Of a stretch of DNA of 64,000 nt, positions 13,201 through 25,610 are shown piece after piece. Both the position numbers and the translations under genes were made by a program. The notes below the pieces were generated by a model that worked only from the letters and a program-made list of their open reading frames with translations, had not been told where the DNA came from and did no database searches. This stretch comes from Neoechinorhynchus agilis (lineage: Eukaryota > Animalia > Acanthocephala), in contig CM121341.1 of assembly GCA_051530055.1 (NCBI GenBank), positions 17,648,784 to 17,712,783 of the forward strand, read 5' to 3'. Each line of letters starts with the position of its first letter. Position 1 is the first letter of the stretch.

Positions 13201-14555
13201 AGTTAGGGACTGATTGATTTGACGATATTATGAATACCAATGTGGAATACTGTAGGTTACGAAAATTGAGGATCGCTTAAATTATTTACCAATTTTTGTA
13301 CATAATTTCTATTTAAAATTGAAATAATGTGAGAAATATTGCAACTACGGCCAAAAAAATTTCGCATTCAAAACAATTCAAATTTTCTTATTTGAACGAG
13401 ATCATAAAATTTACACGAGCGTTTTGTGCTGTAACTCTAGCCGGTAAAATAATTCGAGATAATTTGTAGGAAGTCGACTGTAGTCTCACATTTCACTTAA
13501 AGAGGTTCAGTGTGTCCATTTGCAGCTAGTTTTAGAACCTAGCAAATGACCTTCGAAAAGGCTGCCGAAAGCTTACAGTTTACGAGTGTCATTAGATACC
13601 TGGGGTGCATAATTCGGTGGCCCATATTTTTCCTGATCCAAATAAAACGTGTTATTATAACCCATAAACTGTCATTATCCCCAAATGGGAACTTTGTATT
13701 TTAAATAACCTAGCAATTACAACTGTGACCAAGACATTAAAACAGAAGCTTCGCAAGTTCCAATTGTATTTAGTGAAAGTAGAAATAAAGTGATCGCGTG
13801 AATGGATTGCCGTTTGCACGCAATCTCGTTTCTGCCCAGAGGTCCTCGTCTTCCGCCGTAGTGAGAAAAAGTAAATTTCGACAGCATAAAAGACGTTGTA
13901 GGTCGTGGCATTGCTATTCATTATACAACAGTATAGTCAATGTTTTTGCACTAATTTAACTGGAGTGACACTTGTTGACCCCTCGATTTGCCCACTATTA
14001 TTTGGGACTCGTTGTTTCCATAGTGAATTTCAAGAAGTTCTGGGAAATCGGGTGCAAGGTAACAAATTGGAGAATCGGACTAAAACTGCTTATATCGAAT
14101 AAAATGATTGTGATCAGACTCCAAATTCGCGTTTCCCAAGTATTGCTACGGACACAAATAAAGTAAAAAGTATAAAATACAATTTTGGTTGTGAATGGGC
14201 TCAATTGAATATAACCGGTATCGTTAAAAACTAAAGCGCGGGCTTTAAAACAATTGGCACAAGATGCAGTATCGTTGATAAAATCTTATTTTCATCTCAC
14301 TGTGGGTCCTAGAAGAGTTCATAATTATTACTAAATCAATTTCCTCGATTTTAAACCTCTGGATAAGTTTAGAACGAAGTGAGCTTGAGGAAGTGAACGA
14401 CTTACCCAAAATCTATGAGCGATATTTGATAAACTAATTTTGGTAGCCAACGTGGTGCACTAAAACCCTTCGGGACTTTCTATGGCATCTCTTTTAAAGT
14501 GACCAACGTTTTACCACACATTTTATCATTTGAATTCACTGCGTTCAAATCACAC

Positions 14556-15982
14556 TCATTTCCACCTTTCGTTTGATTGATCTAAAATTCGGATTCTATC
14601 GTACGTCATATTTTCGTCCAGACTGGCGCTTGACTTCAGCTTGTTGAGCAACGAAGAATTCCTCATTGGTGTATAATCAGTTGGCGTAATTCCTGCGAGT
14701 TTTAATACAGCTTCGGAGTTGGATCTGGATAGACTAATTCGTTCGTCCATTTCCTTGCTCGGTGATACACTGCGTTTTAGAGCATCTGAGAGATGTTTTG
14801 CTCCATTTGCTGTCAAAAATCGCAACATTTCATTAAACTGCGACAACATGAACGGTAGTGCCCATTGGAAAATGTTGAGGAAATTTGGAAGGACATAAGG
14901 GTGTTCAACTTGTTTAAAAACCGAAACTGTCAACGATTGGCCGTTATGACGAGCAATCGCTCCCATATTTTTATAGACGTCACAATAATTTGGAGCTGAA
15001 AAAAGGGTAAGCATATCAGGAATCGACTTCATTGAAGAGGACTTCATTACCGGATCAAACCCTTCATTAGGTACTTGATGTGCTCGGATAATACCTAGAA
15101 GTCCATTTCTTTGATCGCACAATTCATTCTTTTTGTTTAAGGAGAAGCTCAAGAATGAGTTTCTGCCATAAGAAAATCCCTTGTGAGTTTTGGTCCAATC
15201 AAATAGCTGCATTTTCTGCTCACGTTTTTTGCGTACTCTCCTTTTATCAGTTTGTTCTGGTCAACAGGATCAGCCCATAGCAAGTCACACATAATTCCTC
15301 TTTTGGGAACATCTACAAATCGATTTATTAGTAAAATGTCCTCTACGTATGTCATATGGGGAGATATGCACCCGTGAACGCAAAATATTTGCTTATTCAC
15401 GACAGCAGCTAATGGAAGTGCATTGAACATTTCACAAGCAGCGTCATAGCAGGATTCGTTCAGCTTGAAAAGGCATTCGTGACGAAATGTAAAGAATGAA
15501 GTCAGTTTCCGGGATTCGTGATTGCCTCGCAGAAGTCGAACTGTGCGCGGATATCGACATTTTAAAGCACACAGGTAAAGGAGAACCTCAACGCTGAAGT
15601 AACCGCGATCAACGTAATCTCCAAGAAACAAGACATTCTCATTTACAAAATCTATTTTTTCTATAATGTTCAAGAGGTCGTAGAATTGTCCATGAATGTC
15701 ACCTACTATCACCACGGGGCAGTCGATTTCGATGACATTCGGTTCGCGGCGAAGAATTCGACTTGCTGCCTTTAGTAAATACTTTGCTGCATCTACATGC
15801 AGAACGCCCTGGTTAAGTAAGTGAGTTCTCAGACGATGCAGGCGGACCCTTGACGTTTCCTTATTTACTAGATCGCCTTCCGTTAATCGATAGGATGGAA
15901 CGGTCGCTGATGCATGATACCCCTGGAGCATTTCGACCTGAACATTATTATAAAAATGATTGATTTTCCTGAGGATTGTCAT
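14556..15982 (-). CDS. PPP3CA: Calcineurin A (PP2B catalytic subunit)-like, divergent; left-arm copy
   Basis: PPP motifs GDIHGQ, GDYVDRG, RGNHE, IIRAH and FSAPNYCD. Also the CnB-binding segment PNFLNIFQWALPF and an autoinhibitory-like C-terminus (LDQSNERW). Two ORFs joined across a roughly 56-59 nt interruption. Confidence 0.9.
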
Positions 15983-16137
15983 GGAAACCCCCTCAATCCA
16001 AATTTGTCTTCGTTCTAAAACCAGTAAAAACGGGTTTCTCAGTTAATCATAAACATTATTGATTGTATGTTCAAGCGCTTATAGTAGATCACACCTATAA
16101 TTTATTGAAAGCAATAATAAAGCAGCAATTGCAACCT

Positions 16138-16674
16138 TCATGCTGCAGCGGGAACAAGGGACCACAGCCCATCCACAGGTGGAAATGGGTTTTCATTTCT
16201 TCGATAATGAAGCCGTTCGTCTCTCCTGTTCTCTTGGTCACGATGTGCTCTTTGATGAATAACGTGATAAACATATTCCAGAAATAGCCTCGAGGCGATC
16301 ATTGGTAGACAAATTAATGTTCGAAAATCAAAATGTTTTCCATTGCCTGGAATGTATGATGCCAAGATTGCCGTCATCGACAGTATCCACTGAACTAGAA
16401 GGATTACTAGAATTTGGACGCGTTGGACATTCCAGTTCGACGCGAATATCCCAGTTTTAATACTAGCGATAATTACGCTAGAAATCATCGGTACGTGAAA
16501 ATAGTAAAATTTATTCAAAGTATTTGATATATAATCGGTTCGCGTCTCATTGATCGCTAAGAAGACAAAATCAAGTGATGTGAATATGGTAGTGTGCAAA
16601 ACGAACAACACCAGTAGCCTCGAAACTTGTAGGCGGTCCATTGTTTCGTTAAAATATTTGGCTAGGTGAAGCAA
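16138..16674 (-). CDS. Orphan multi-pass membrane protein (about 4 hydrophobic segments), left-arm copy
   Basis: 178-codon ORF (167 aa from the ATG at MDRLQ) with hydrophobic segments and a charged C-tail. An AATAAA lies about 30 nt after the stop. No family recognised. Confidence 0.6.
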   Translation of the reverse strand: MLHLAKYFNETMDRLQVSRLLVLFVLHTTIFTSLDFVFLAINETRTDYISNTLNKFYYFHVPMISSVIIASIKTGIFASNWNVQRVQILVILLVQWILSMTAILASYIPGNGKHFDFRTLICLPMIASRLFLEYVYHVIHQRAHRDQENRRDERLHYRRNENPFPPVDGLWSLVPAAA

Positions 16675-17586
16675 TCGGAGTGCGTTCTAGTGAATTTAGA
16701 GCGTATGTTAGAAGTCCGGAGAAGCCGTGGGATAAGCTTTTACAAATTTATGACAGTTATGACAGTGGCGTACTTTATCGTCAAGTTTAAGCACCTATAA
16801 CTTACTCTAAATTAAACTATTGAATTCATGAAAAAGCTCTTGCGGGAAGTTGAGTTAAAACCACAGCTAATTGCAATCTCATTCGAAAATAGAAAATCTC
16901 TGTGTTATTAGTTAGCTGATAAATAATAACGTTTATTGCGTTTAAATACTTTTTTTGTTATCGATTGTTAAATTACAAAAATTAATTTGTATCTAAACTT
17001 TGATCTTAAGAATACGATTAAGCTAAATATCCGATTGGCACTATGGTGAACGAATTGCGTACCAAGCTGGGATTGTGCATTACATTAACACTGCGAGATA
17101 AGTTAAAAGATGTGTACCCGTTGATATAACTTTATATCAACGGGTACACATCTTTTAACTTATCTCGCAGTGTTAATGTAATGCACAATCCCAGCTTGGT
17201 ACGCAATTCGTTCACCATAGTGCCAATCGGATATTTAGCTTAATCGTATTCTTAAGATCAAAGTTTAGATACAAATTAATTTTTGTAATTTAACAATCGA
17301 TAACAAAAAAAGTATTTAAACGCAATAAACGTTATTATTTATCAGCTAACTAATAACACAGAGATTTTCTATTTTCGAATGAGATTGCAATTAGCTGTGG
17401 TTTTAACTCAACTTCCCGCAAGAGCTTTTTCATGAATTCAATAGTTTAATTTAGAGTAAGTTATAGGTGCTTAAACTTGACGATAAAGTACGCCACTGTC
17501 ATAACTGTCATAAATTTGTAAAAGCTTATCCCACGGCTTCTCCGGACTTCTAACATACGCTCTAAATTCACTAGAACGCACTCCGA

Positions 17587-18123
17587 TTGCTTCACCTAGC
17601 CAAATATTTTAACGAAACAATGGACCGCCTACAAGTTTCGAGGCTACTGGTGTTGTTCGTTTTGCACACTACCATATTCACATCACTTGATTTTGTCTTC
17701 TTAGCGATCAATGAGACGCGAACCGATTATATATCAAATACTTTGAATAAATTTTACTATTTTCACGTACCGATGATTTCTAGCGTAATTATCGCTAGTA
17801 TTAAAACTGGGATATTCGCGTCGAACTGGAATGTCCAACGCGTCCAAATTCTAGTAATCCTTCTAGTTCAGTGGATACTGTCGATGACGGCAATCTTGGC
17901 ATCATACATTCCAGGCAATGGAAAACATTTTGATTTTCGAACATTAATTTGTCTACCAATGATCGCCTCGAGGCTATTTCTGGAATATGTTTATCACGTT
18001 ATTCATCAAAGAGCACATCGTGACCAAGAGAACAGGAGAGACGAACGGCTTCATTATCGAAGAAATGAAAACCCATTTCCACCTGTGGATGGGCTGTGGT
18101 CCCTTGTTCCCGCTGCAGCATGA
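17587..18123 (+). CDS. Orphan multi-pass membrane protein, right-arm copy
   Basis: Mirror of 16138-16674; AATAAA at 18155-18160. Confidence 0.6.
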   Translation: MLHLAKYFNETMDRLQVSRLLVLFVLHTTIFTSLDFVFLAINETRTDYISNTLNKFYYFHVPMISSVIIASIKTGIFASNWNVQRVQILVILLVQWILSMTAILASYIPGNGKHFDFRTLICLPMIASRLFLEYVYHVIHQRAHRDQENRRDERLHYRRNENPFPPVDGLWSLVPAAA

Positions 18124-18278
18124 AGGTTGCAATTGCTGCTTTATTATTGCTTTCAATAAATTATAGGTGTGATCTACTATAAGCGCTTGAACATACAATC
18201 AATAATGTTTATGATTAACTGAGAAACCCGTTTTTACTGGTTTTAGAACGAAGACAAATTTGGATTGAGGGGGTTTCC

Positions 18279-19705
18279 ATGACAATCCTCAGGAAAATCA
18301 ATCATTTTTATAATAATGTTCAGGTCGAAATGCTCCAGGGGTATCATGCATCAGCGACCGTTCCATCCTATCGATTAACGGAAGGCGATCTAGTAAATAA
18401 GGAAACGTCAAGGGTCCGCCTGCATCGTCTGAGAACTCACTTACTTAACCAGGGCGTTCTGCATGTAGATGCAGCAAAGTATTTACTAAAGGCAGCAAGT
18501 CGAATTCTTCGCCGCGAACCGAATGTCATCGAAATCGACTGCCCCGTGGTGATAGTAGGTGACATTCATGGACAATTCTACGACCTCTTGAACATTATAG
18601 AAAAAATAGATTTTGTAAATGAGAATGTCTTGTTTCTTGGAGATTACGTTGATCGCGGTTACTTCAGCGTTGAGGTTCTCCTTTACCTGTGTGCTTTAAA
18701 ATGTCGATATCCGCGCACAGTTCGACTTCTGCGAGGCAATCACGAATCCCGGAAACTGACTTCATTCTTTACATTTCGTCACGAATGCCTTTTCAAGCTG
18801 AACGAATCCTGCTATGACGCTGCTTGTGAAATGTTCAATGCACTTCCATTAGCTGCTGTCGTGAATAAGCAAATATTTTGCGTTCACGGGTGCATATCTC
18901 CCCATATGACATACGTAGAGGATATTTTACTAATAAATCGATTTGTAGATGTTCCCAAAAGAGGAATTATGTGTGACTTGCTATGGGCTGATCCTGTTGA
19001 CCAGAACAAACTGATAAAAGGAGAGTACGCAAAAAACGTGAGCAGAAAATGCAGCTATTTGATTGGACCAAAACTCACAAGGGATTTTCTTATGGCAGAA
19101 ACTCATTCTTGAGCTTCTCCTTAAACAAAAAGAATGAATTGTGCGATCAAAGAAATGGACTTCTAGGTATTATCCGAGCACATCAAGTACCTAATGAAGG
19201 GTTTGATCCGGTAATGAAGTCCTCTTCAATGAAGTCGATTCCTGATATGCTTACCCTTTTTTCAGCTCCAAATTATTGTGACGTCTATAAAAATATGGGA
19301 GCGATTGCTCGTCATAACGGCCAATCGTTGACAGTTTCGGTTTTTAAACAAGTTGAACACCCTTATGTCCTTCCAAATTTCCTCAACATTTTCCAATGGG
19401 CACTACCGTTCATGTTGTCGCAGTTTAATGAAATGTTGCGATTTTTGACAGCAAATGGAGCAAAACATCTCTCAGATGCTCTAAAACGCAGTGTATCACC
19501 GAGCAAGGAAATGGACGAACGAATTAGTCTATCCAGATCCAACTCCGAAGCTGTATTAAAACTCGCAGGAATTACGCCAACTGATTATACACCAATGAGG
19601 AATTCTTCGTTGCTCAACAAGCTGAAGTCAAGCGCCAGTCTGGACGAAAATATGACGTACGATAGAATCCGAATTTTAGATCAATCAAACGAAAGGTGGA
19701 AATGA
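18279..19705 (+). CDS. PPP3CA: Calcineurin A-like, right-arm copy
   Basis: Identical translation to the left-arm copy; interruption at about 19092-19152. Confidence 0.9.
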
Positions 19706-21060
19706 GTGTGATTTGAACGCAGTGAATTCAAATGATAAAATGTGTGGTAAAACGTTGGTCACTTTAAAAGAGATGCCATAGAAAGTCCCGAAGGGTTTTA
19801 GTGCACCACGTTGGCTACCAAAATTAGTTTATCAAATATCGCTCATAGATTTTGGGTAAGTCGTTCACTTCCTCAAGCTCACTTCGTTCTAAACTTATCC
19901 AGAGGTTTAAAATCGAGGAAATTGATTTAGTAATAATTATGAACTCTTCTAGGACCCACAGTGAGATGAAAATAAGATTTTATCAACGATACTGCATCTT
20001 GTGCCAATTGTTTTAAAGCCCGCGCTTTAGTTTTTAACGATACCGGTTATATTCAATTGAGCCCATTCACAACCAAAATTGTATTTTATACTTTTTACTT
20101 TATTTGTGTCCGTAGCAATACTTGGGAAACGCGAATTTGGAGTCTGATCACAATCATTTTATTCGATATAAGCAGTTTTAGTCCGATTCTCCAATTTGTT
20201 ACCTTGCACCCGATTTCCCAGAACTTCTTGAAATTCACTATGGAAACAACGAGTCCCAAATAATAGTGGGCAAATCGAGGGGTCAACAAGTGTCACTCCA
20301 GTTAAATTAGTGCAAAAACATTGACTATACTGTTGTATAATGAATAGCAATGCCACGACCTACAACGTCTTTTATGCTGTCGAAATTTACTTTTTCTCAC
20401 TACGGCGGAAGACGAGGACCTCTGGGCAGAAACGAGATTGCGTGCAAACGGCAATCCATTCACGCGATCACTTTATTTCTACTTTCACTAAATACAATTG
20501 GAACTTGCGAAGCTTCTGTTTTAATGTCTTGGTCACAGTTGTAATTGCTAGGTTATTTAAAATACAAAGTTCCCATTTGGGGATAATGACAGTTTATGGG
20601 TTATAATAACACGTTTTATTTGGATCAGGAAAAATATGGGCCACCGAATTATGCACCCCAGGTATCTAATGACACTCGTAAACTGTAAGCTTTCGGCAGC
20701 CTTTTCGAAGGTCATTTGCTAGGTTCTAAAACTAGCTGCAAATGGACACACTGAACCTCTTTAAGTGAAATGTGAGACTACAGTCGACTTCCTACAAATT
20801 ATCTCGAATTATTTTACCGGCTAGAGTTACAGCACAAAACGCTCGTGTAAATTTTATGATCTCGTTCAAATAAGAAAATTTGAATTGTTTTGAATGCGAA
20901 ATTTTTTTGGCCGTAGTTGCAATATTTCTCACATTATTTCAATTTTAAATAGAAATTATGTACAAAAATTGGTAAATAATTTAAGCGATCCTCAATTTTC
21001 GTAACCTACAGTATTCCACATTGGTATTCATAATATCGTCAAATCAATCAGTCCCTAACT

Positions 21061-23449
21061 TTCTTTCAGTCCCTCACTTTCTTTCACGATGATCGGACTT
21101 GATGTTACTGATTCTTGTCGGTCACGTAAAAGAAGCAACTCCGGCGGCCAGGCAGCTAGTGATAGTAGCTTGTCAACGCGGGGTCGGTGTGCCGCTCCAC
21201 TTGGTGATGCGGCAGCGAACGGGAGCAACAAAATCCACCAGTGCAACGGGAAAAAGCGAGGGCGTCGTAGCTCTCGCCGACGACTTGAGCGTCGAAATGA
21301 GCGAAACTGTCGCCGGAGGCAACAAAAGCGTCAGTCGAAGCTCATCACCGTGGTGGGTACGGACTGTTCAGGTGGCACTGACAGCTGTGAGCCCTTTGGC
21401 CCAGCTATTTCAGATAGAAGAGGACTACGAATCAGATCCTTGAATTGTAGGAGTCTGCGAGCGCAATGGCGTAAGGGAACCCTGGCCAAATTGGCAAGGG
21501 ACGCCAGAATGGATCTTGTGTTTTTACAAGAATTGCGCATAAGAGGCCAGTCAGACACAGACGTAAATCACGAGGATTTAGGAGGAGGCTGCCCATTATC
21601 TTACCTATCTGCGGACAGTCGAGGAAATGGAGGTGTAAGCGTTTGTTTATCACCCCGCCTCCGAAACTCAGCACTATGCAGTTTTATAACTGACCGAATC
21701 CTTCGTGTCAGCATAAAGCTTCGGCCGAGAAATCTCTATGCTTTTGGCGTATATTCACCGACCTCCTCGTCGGACGAAGAGGCGGTTGAAGGATTTTGTG
21801 GAAATCTAGGCGAAGCATTAGATGATGTACCGAACAGAGACACCCTCTTAATAGCCGGTGACTTCAACGCGATTTTACCACATTCGGAAAGATTGCTATA
21901 TGTGTTGAAAGGCGAGAATCGGAACAGCCGGTACTTGGTTGAGGCGCTGGAGCGGCATGATCTCGTGTCTGCTAACACTATTCCGGAAGCGTCCGTGGCG
22001 TTTGGCGACGTTTATGGGTCAAAAGAATCCGTCCAAACATGCCATGGGAAAAAATCCCAAGAGACGCTTAGCTCAGCTTGACCATATATTGTTGAGGCGT
22101 AGGGAAAAATGTCGGGTCAAAAACGCTGACACATTCACAGTTGATGAGCTGCCAACCGAACAGCATGAGTGACTCGTTGTTCCGTACGCCTCAGCATCCT
22201 CCACGTCCGTTCTTTGGCTCCCTTGCTAATGAGGAGAAGAGGAAACAGCAGCATTTTGAGACGCCGAATTCAGCCAATCCTCGAACCGTTTCTAAGAATT
22301 GAACAGAACGGCTTCAGGGAAGGTCGAGGCACCACAGAGCACATATTGGCTTTGAGGAGGATCCTCGAGGAGGCACGAATTCATCAAACGGATGTGACGC
22401 TGGTATTTGTTGATTTCCGTCGAGCTTTCGATTCGGTAAATCGAACGATGATTGGCGGTATCTTAAAGGAGTATGGAGTGCCGCCCATCATTGTCACATC
22501 CGTTATGGCATTATAAAAAACACAAGGTCCGCCGCCAAGACAGCCGACGGTTTGACAGAATACTTTTCCACCACTTCAGGTGTTCTGCAGGGCGACACAT
22601 TGGCTCCTTTCCTCTTCATCTTGGTGCTTGATTGGGTAATCAGATGGGCACTACCGAATGATGAAGATGGATTTCTTCTTTTGAGGAAAAGAGGTCGCAG
22701 GTATCCTGAGATACGCGCCTCCCACATGGCATATGCTGACGACATCGTATTGATGTCCTCAACAGTCGAAGGAGCTCAACGCATGCTAAATAGACTGTGC
22801 GAGAGGGCGAGTATGATTGGTCTGACCATCAACTCGAAAAAGGCGGAATTCTTGACAAGGGCCGAATGGCATTGAGCAATTAAAACAGATAGAGCGGTAT
22901 GTCTATCTGGGAGTTGTCGTTGCTGAGGTTAGTGCGGATGTCAGCCGACGGAGAGCTATAGCTTGGAGAGCAATGGGACAACTTAAACCACTTTTTGACA
23001 GTGAGTCTTTGCCAGATGAACTCCGTTCGCAGCTGTTCAGGGCTCCAATTGAGTGCATTCTCTACTGCAATGCAGAGACCTGGACACTGTCACCAACGAT
23101 GACGAGGCAGTTGGACCAAAATCATTCATCTCTCTTACGTGCGGCGTTCAAGGTCAGATGGTCAGATAAAGTGACCAACAAAGCACTGTATAAGAGAGCC
23201 GGTGTCCAACCGCCCAGTGAATATTTGCACCGCAGACGATTGCAGTTCACGGGCAATATAATTCGGTCCGAGGCATCTTGCCCACAGGTCGTGCAACAGT
23301 TCCTTTTCTGGAAGGCAACGACATTGTATCGTAAAGGCAAAGGGAACTGTCGTACATACGATGACCTGATTTTAAGAGACGCGAATTGCTCGCATAACAG
23401 GACTGCTGTCGTGTATTTTAGATCCCTTGCGGAATCTAATTCTATTTGA
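21061..23449 (+). mobile_element. RTE/RTEX-like LINE, right-arm copy
   Basis: Mirror of 10812-13200, differing at 13135/21126 (Leu versus Arg codon). Confidence 0.88.
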
Positions 23450-23520
23450 CGGGCTTATACCTACGGTGCAACGTAGGAAAGTACCGTTGCATACCATACA
23501 ATTTGAGATTTAAGAGACGA

Positions 23521-23921
23521 TTTCGAAGCACTTGCTTAAATTAAGGGTAAGACATTTAGAGGAGCAAAATGGTTGAAAATGAGAAATATCGTTAGAAGTA
23601 ATTGAGAGTGAGAGGGGAGTCATGCGTAATGATTGTCAGATCATCAGTATACAAGAAGTATTTAGAATAAGAAGAGGATGGAAAAGGAACATTCAGGAAA
23701 ATGTTGAAAAGAATGAAGGGGGGAACAGCTCCTTTGGGAACTCCCTTGTTAATTGCTAAGGTGTTCGAGACGATGTTCCCTATTTCGATAAATTGTAATC
23801 TATTGTTTAGAAAGGAATTCAACCATTTGATTTGCCAGGCGGTAAGGTCAAACTTAAAGCATGTATCAAGGAGAAGACTGTGATCGACAGGATCAAAAGA
23901 TTTATAAAAGTCGATTTGGGT
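23521..23921 (-). mobile_element. LINE RT fragment, right-arm copy
   Basis: Mirror of 10340-10740. Confidence 0.75.
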
Positions 23922-24130
23922 GAGTCGAGCTGAAATTTCATCATCTAAAGAATCGGAAACTTGGCTTACTCAATTTGTTAAAGAAAATCAGTAAATATTT
24001 GAATCTAATAAACTAAAGAAAATTTGTTGGATATACGTTCACTTTCTTTTGTTTTGTGCAAAATACTTCACTAAGATGAAGGTTGTTAGCCTTTGGTGTG
24101 AAGATTCAGGCAGCGAGCAGGCACCCGTCA

Positions 24131-24601
24131 ATGGTTGCAAACAATCAGTTTCAGATTTACCGTTGTAATGAGGCGAATGTACCCGCCGAGCAATCTTTGC
24201 CGACTCTATGGCCGCAGTAGACCGGACGGCGTCACAGTATTCCCGTGGCGAGAAGGAAAATGCATCCTCTGGGACGCCACGTTCGTGGACACGATCGCAG
24301 CCAGCAACATAAAATTCGCCGCGCTTAAATCAGAGGAACAGAAAAAGCCACTGAGGACCGCAAAAAGATTAAATACAGGTACCTGAGTCGAAATCATTAT
24401 TTTGTCCCCTTTGGTGTCGAGACACTCGAGTCGTTTGGTGCCGCGGCGCAGAAACTGGTCAAGTAATTGTCTAAGAGCTTGAGACGAATCACCGGCGATC
24501 CGAGATAAAGAGCATTCCTCCTACAAAACGAAAGTCTGACTGTGCAACGAGGGAACGCTTAATTCGTCCTTTCGACCGTTACACCAATACTGCAGTGGTG
24601 G
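24131..24601 (+). mobile_element. CRE-type 3' fragment, right-arm copy
   Basis: Mirror of 9660-10130. Confidence 0.8.
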
Positions 24602-25610
24602 CATGAATATTCGTAAATGCCTGTAAAAGCTGCAACTAAAATAAATTTTGATTTGAATCGAAGAATATTTTGAAAGTATGATTGTTTTCAAAAACAAGTA
24701 CGATGATCGATTATTTTCGAATGTGTTCAGAAAACATCTGAGGTATAAAAAGAACCGATCCATCGTTAAAAAATTAACCGTCAATCTCTCATTCGAACGA
24801 CAAAATGATTGCTTTTCTTTGCTTGATCGCCTTATCATCAGTCAGCTGCCGTAATCGTCGAGAAATCGCAATTAACGATGAATAGTGGATAATTCGTGGA
24901 AATGATAGTTAATCCAATTTCGTCCGAGAAATGTTAAAACACGTGGAACAAAAGGAACTACAGCATAAGTCCATCTTTGTGGTCTTCTACGATTTTGAAG
25001 AAAATTCTAAAGCACGATGTCTGCCTGCAAGACAAGTTCTTAACGAACCACATCTAATTAGAGCCTACGTCGAATCGTTTGCGGAAGATGACTCCGAACC
25101 GTTTTGTCGGCGTCAAGTGGTCAATACGATCGAGGTGAACAGCATTTCAGTCATGAATCAGAAGTTTATTATTGGTATAAATTCAATGAGACCTTGTTCA
25201 CAAATGTTCTCGAAAAGTGCCATGAAAACTTGGCTGAGGAATTAGATAGCGAAAATTGAGCAAATACAACTGAGAATCGCTCATTAGTACTTTCGATGGT
25301 TCAATCCATCGCTAGTTAATAAATAGTTGGGCTTTTCGTGCTTCTTTCCGAAAAATTGGTAACTACCAAGCAATTAAGCGCGTTGCTAACAACACTCATT
25401 TAATTACCAAATTTTGATTTGCTCTCATTTACAACGCTCGCTGCTACAATCTGTCTTGTCGTAAAAAAAACTAAAACCGAATACTCGAGCAAATCGCTTC
25501 CATAGTTGTTAGAGTTTATCCAAAAATTGTGGTAATAGCGTTGAAAAGCGTTTTTATTGTTGGATGAAAATTTTATAAATGCATTTGGCGAGCGGGGGAA
25601 GCGTTTGAGG

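Larger units (their letters stand above)
2001..17129. repeat. Left arm of a giant inverted repeat (15,129 bp)
   Basis: Reverse complement of 17132-32226. ORF pairs mirror with coordinate sums 34261 (inner), 34233 and 34227 (outer). The outer boundary was read directly: TTTTCTCAAG at 2001 pairs with CTTGAGAAAA ending at 32226, and the flanks differ beyond that. Confidence 0.97.

Noticed and set aside
13655-14204. Cluster of short overlapping ORFs (mirror 20057-20606)
   Set aside because: No motifs, and present on both strands; likely chance ORFs.
17110-17151. Protelomerase (telRL-type) or viral hairpin-telomere junction at the palindrome centre
   Set aside because: No resolvase, viral or plasmid genes are in the window; the arms hold ordinary host genes and LINE debris.
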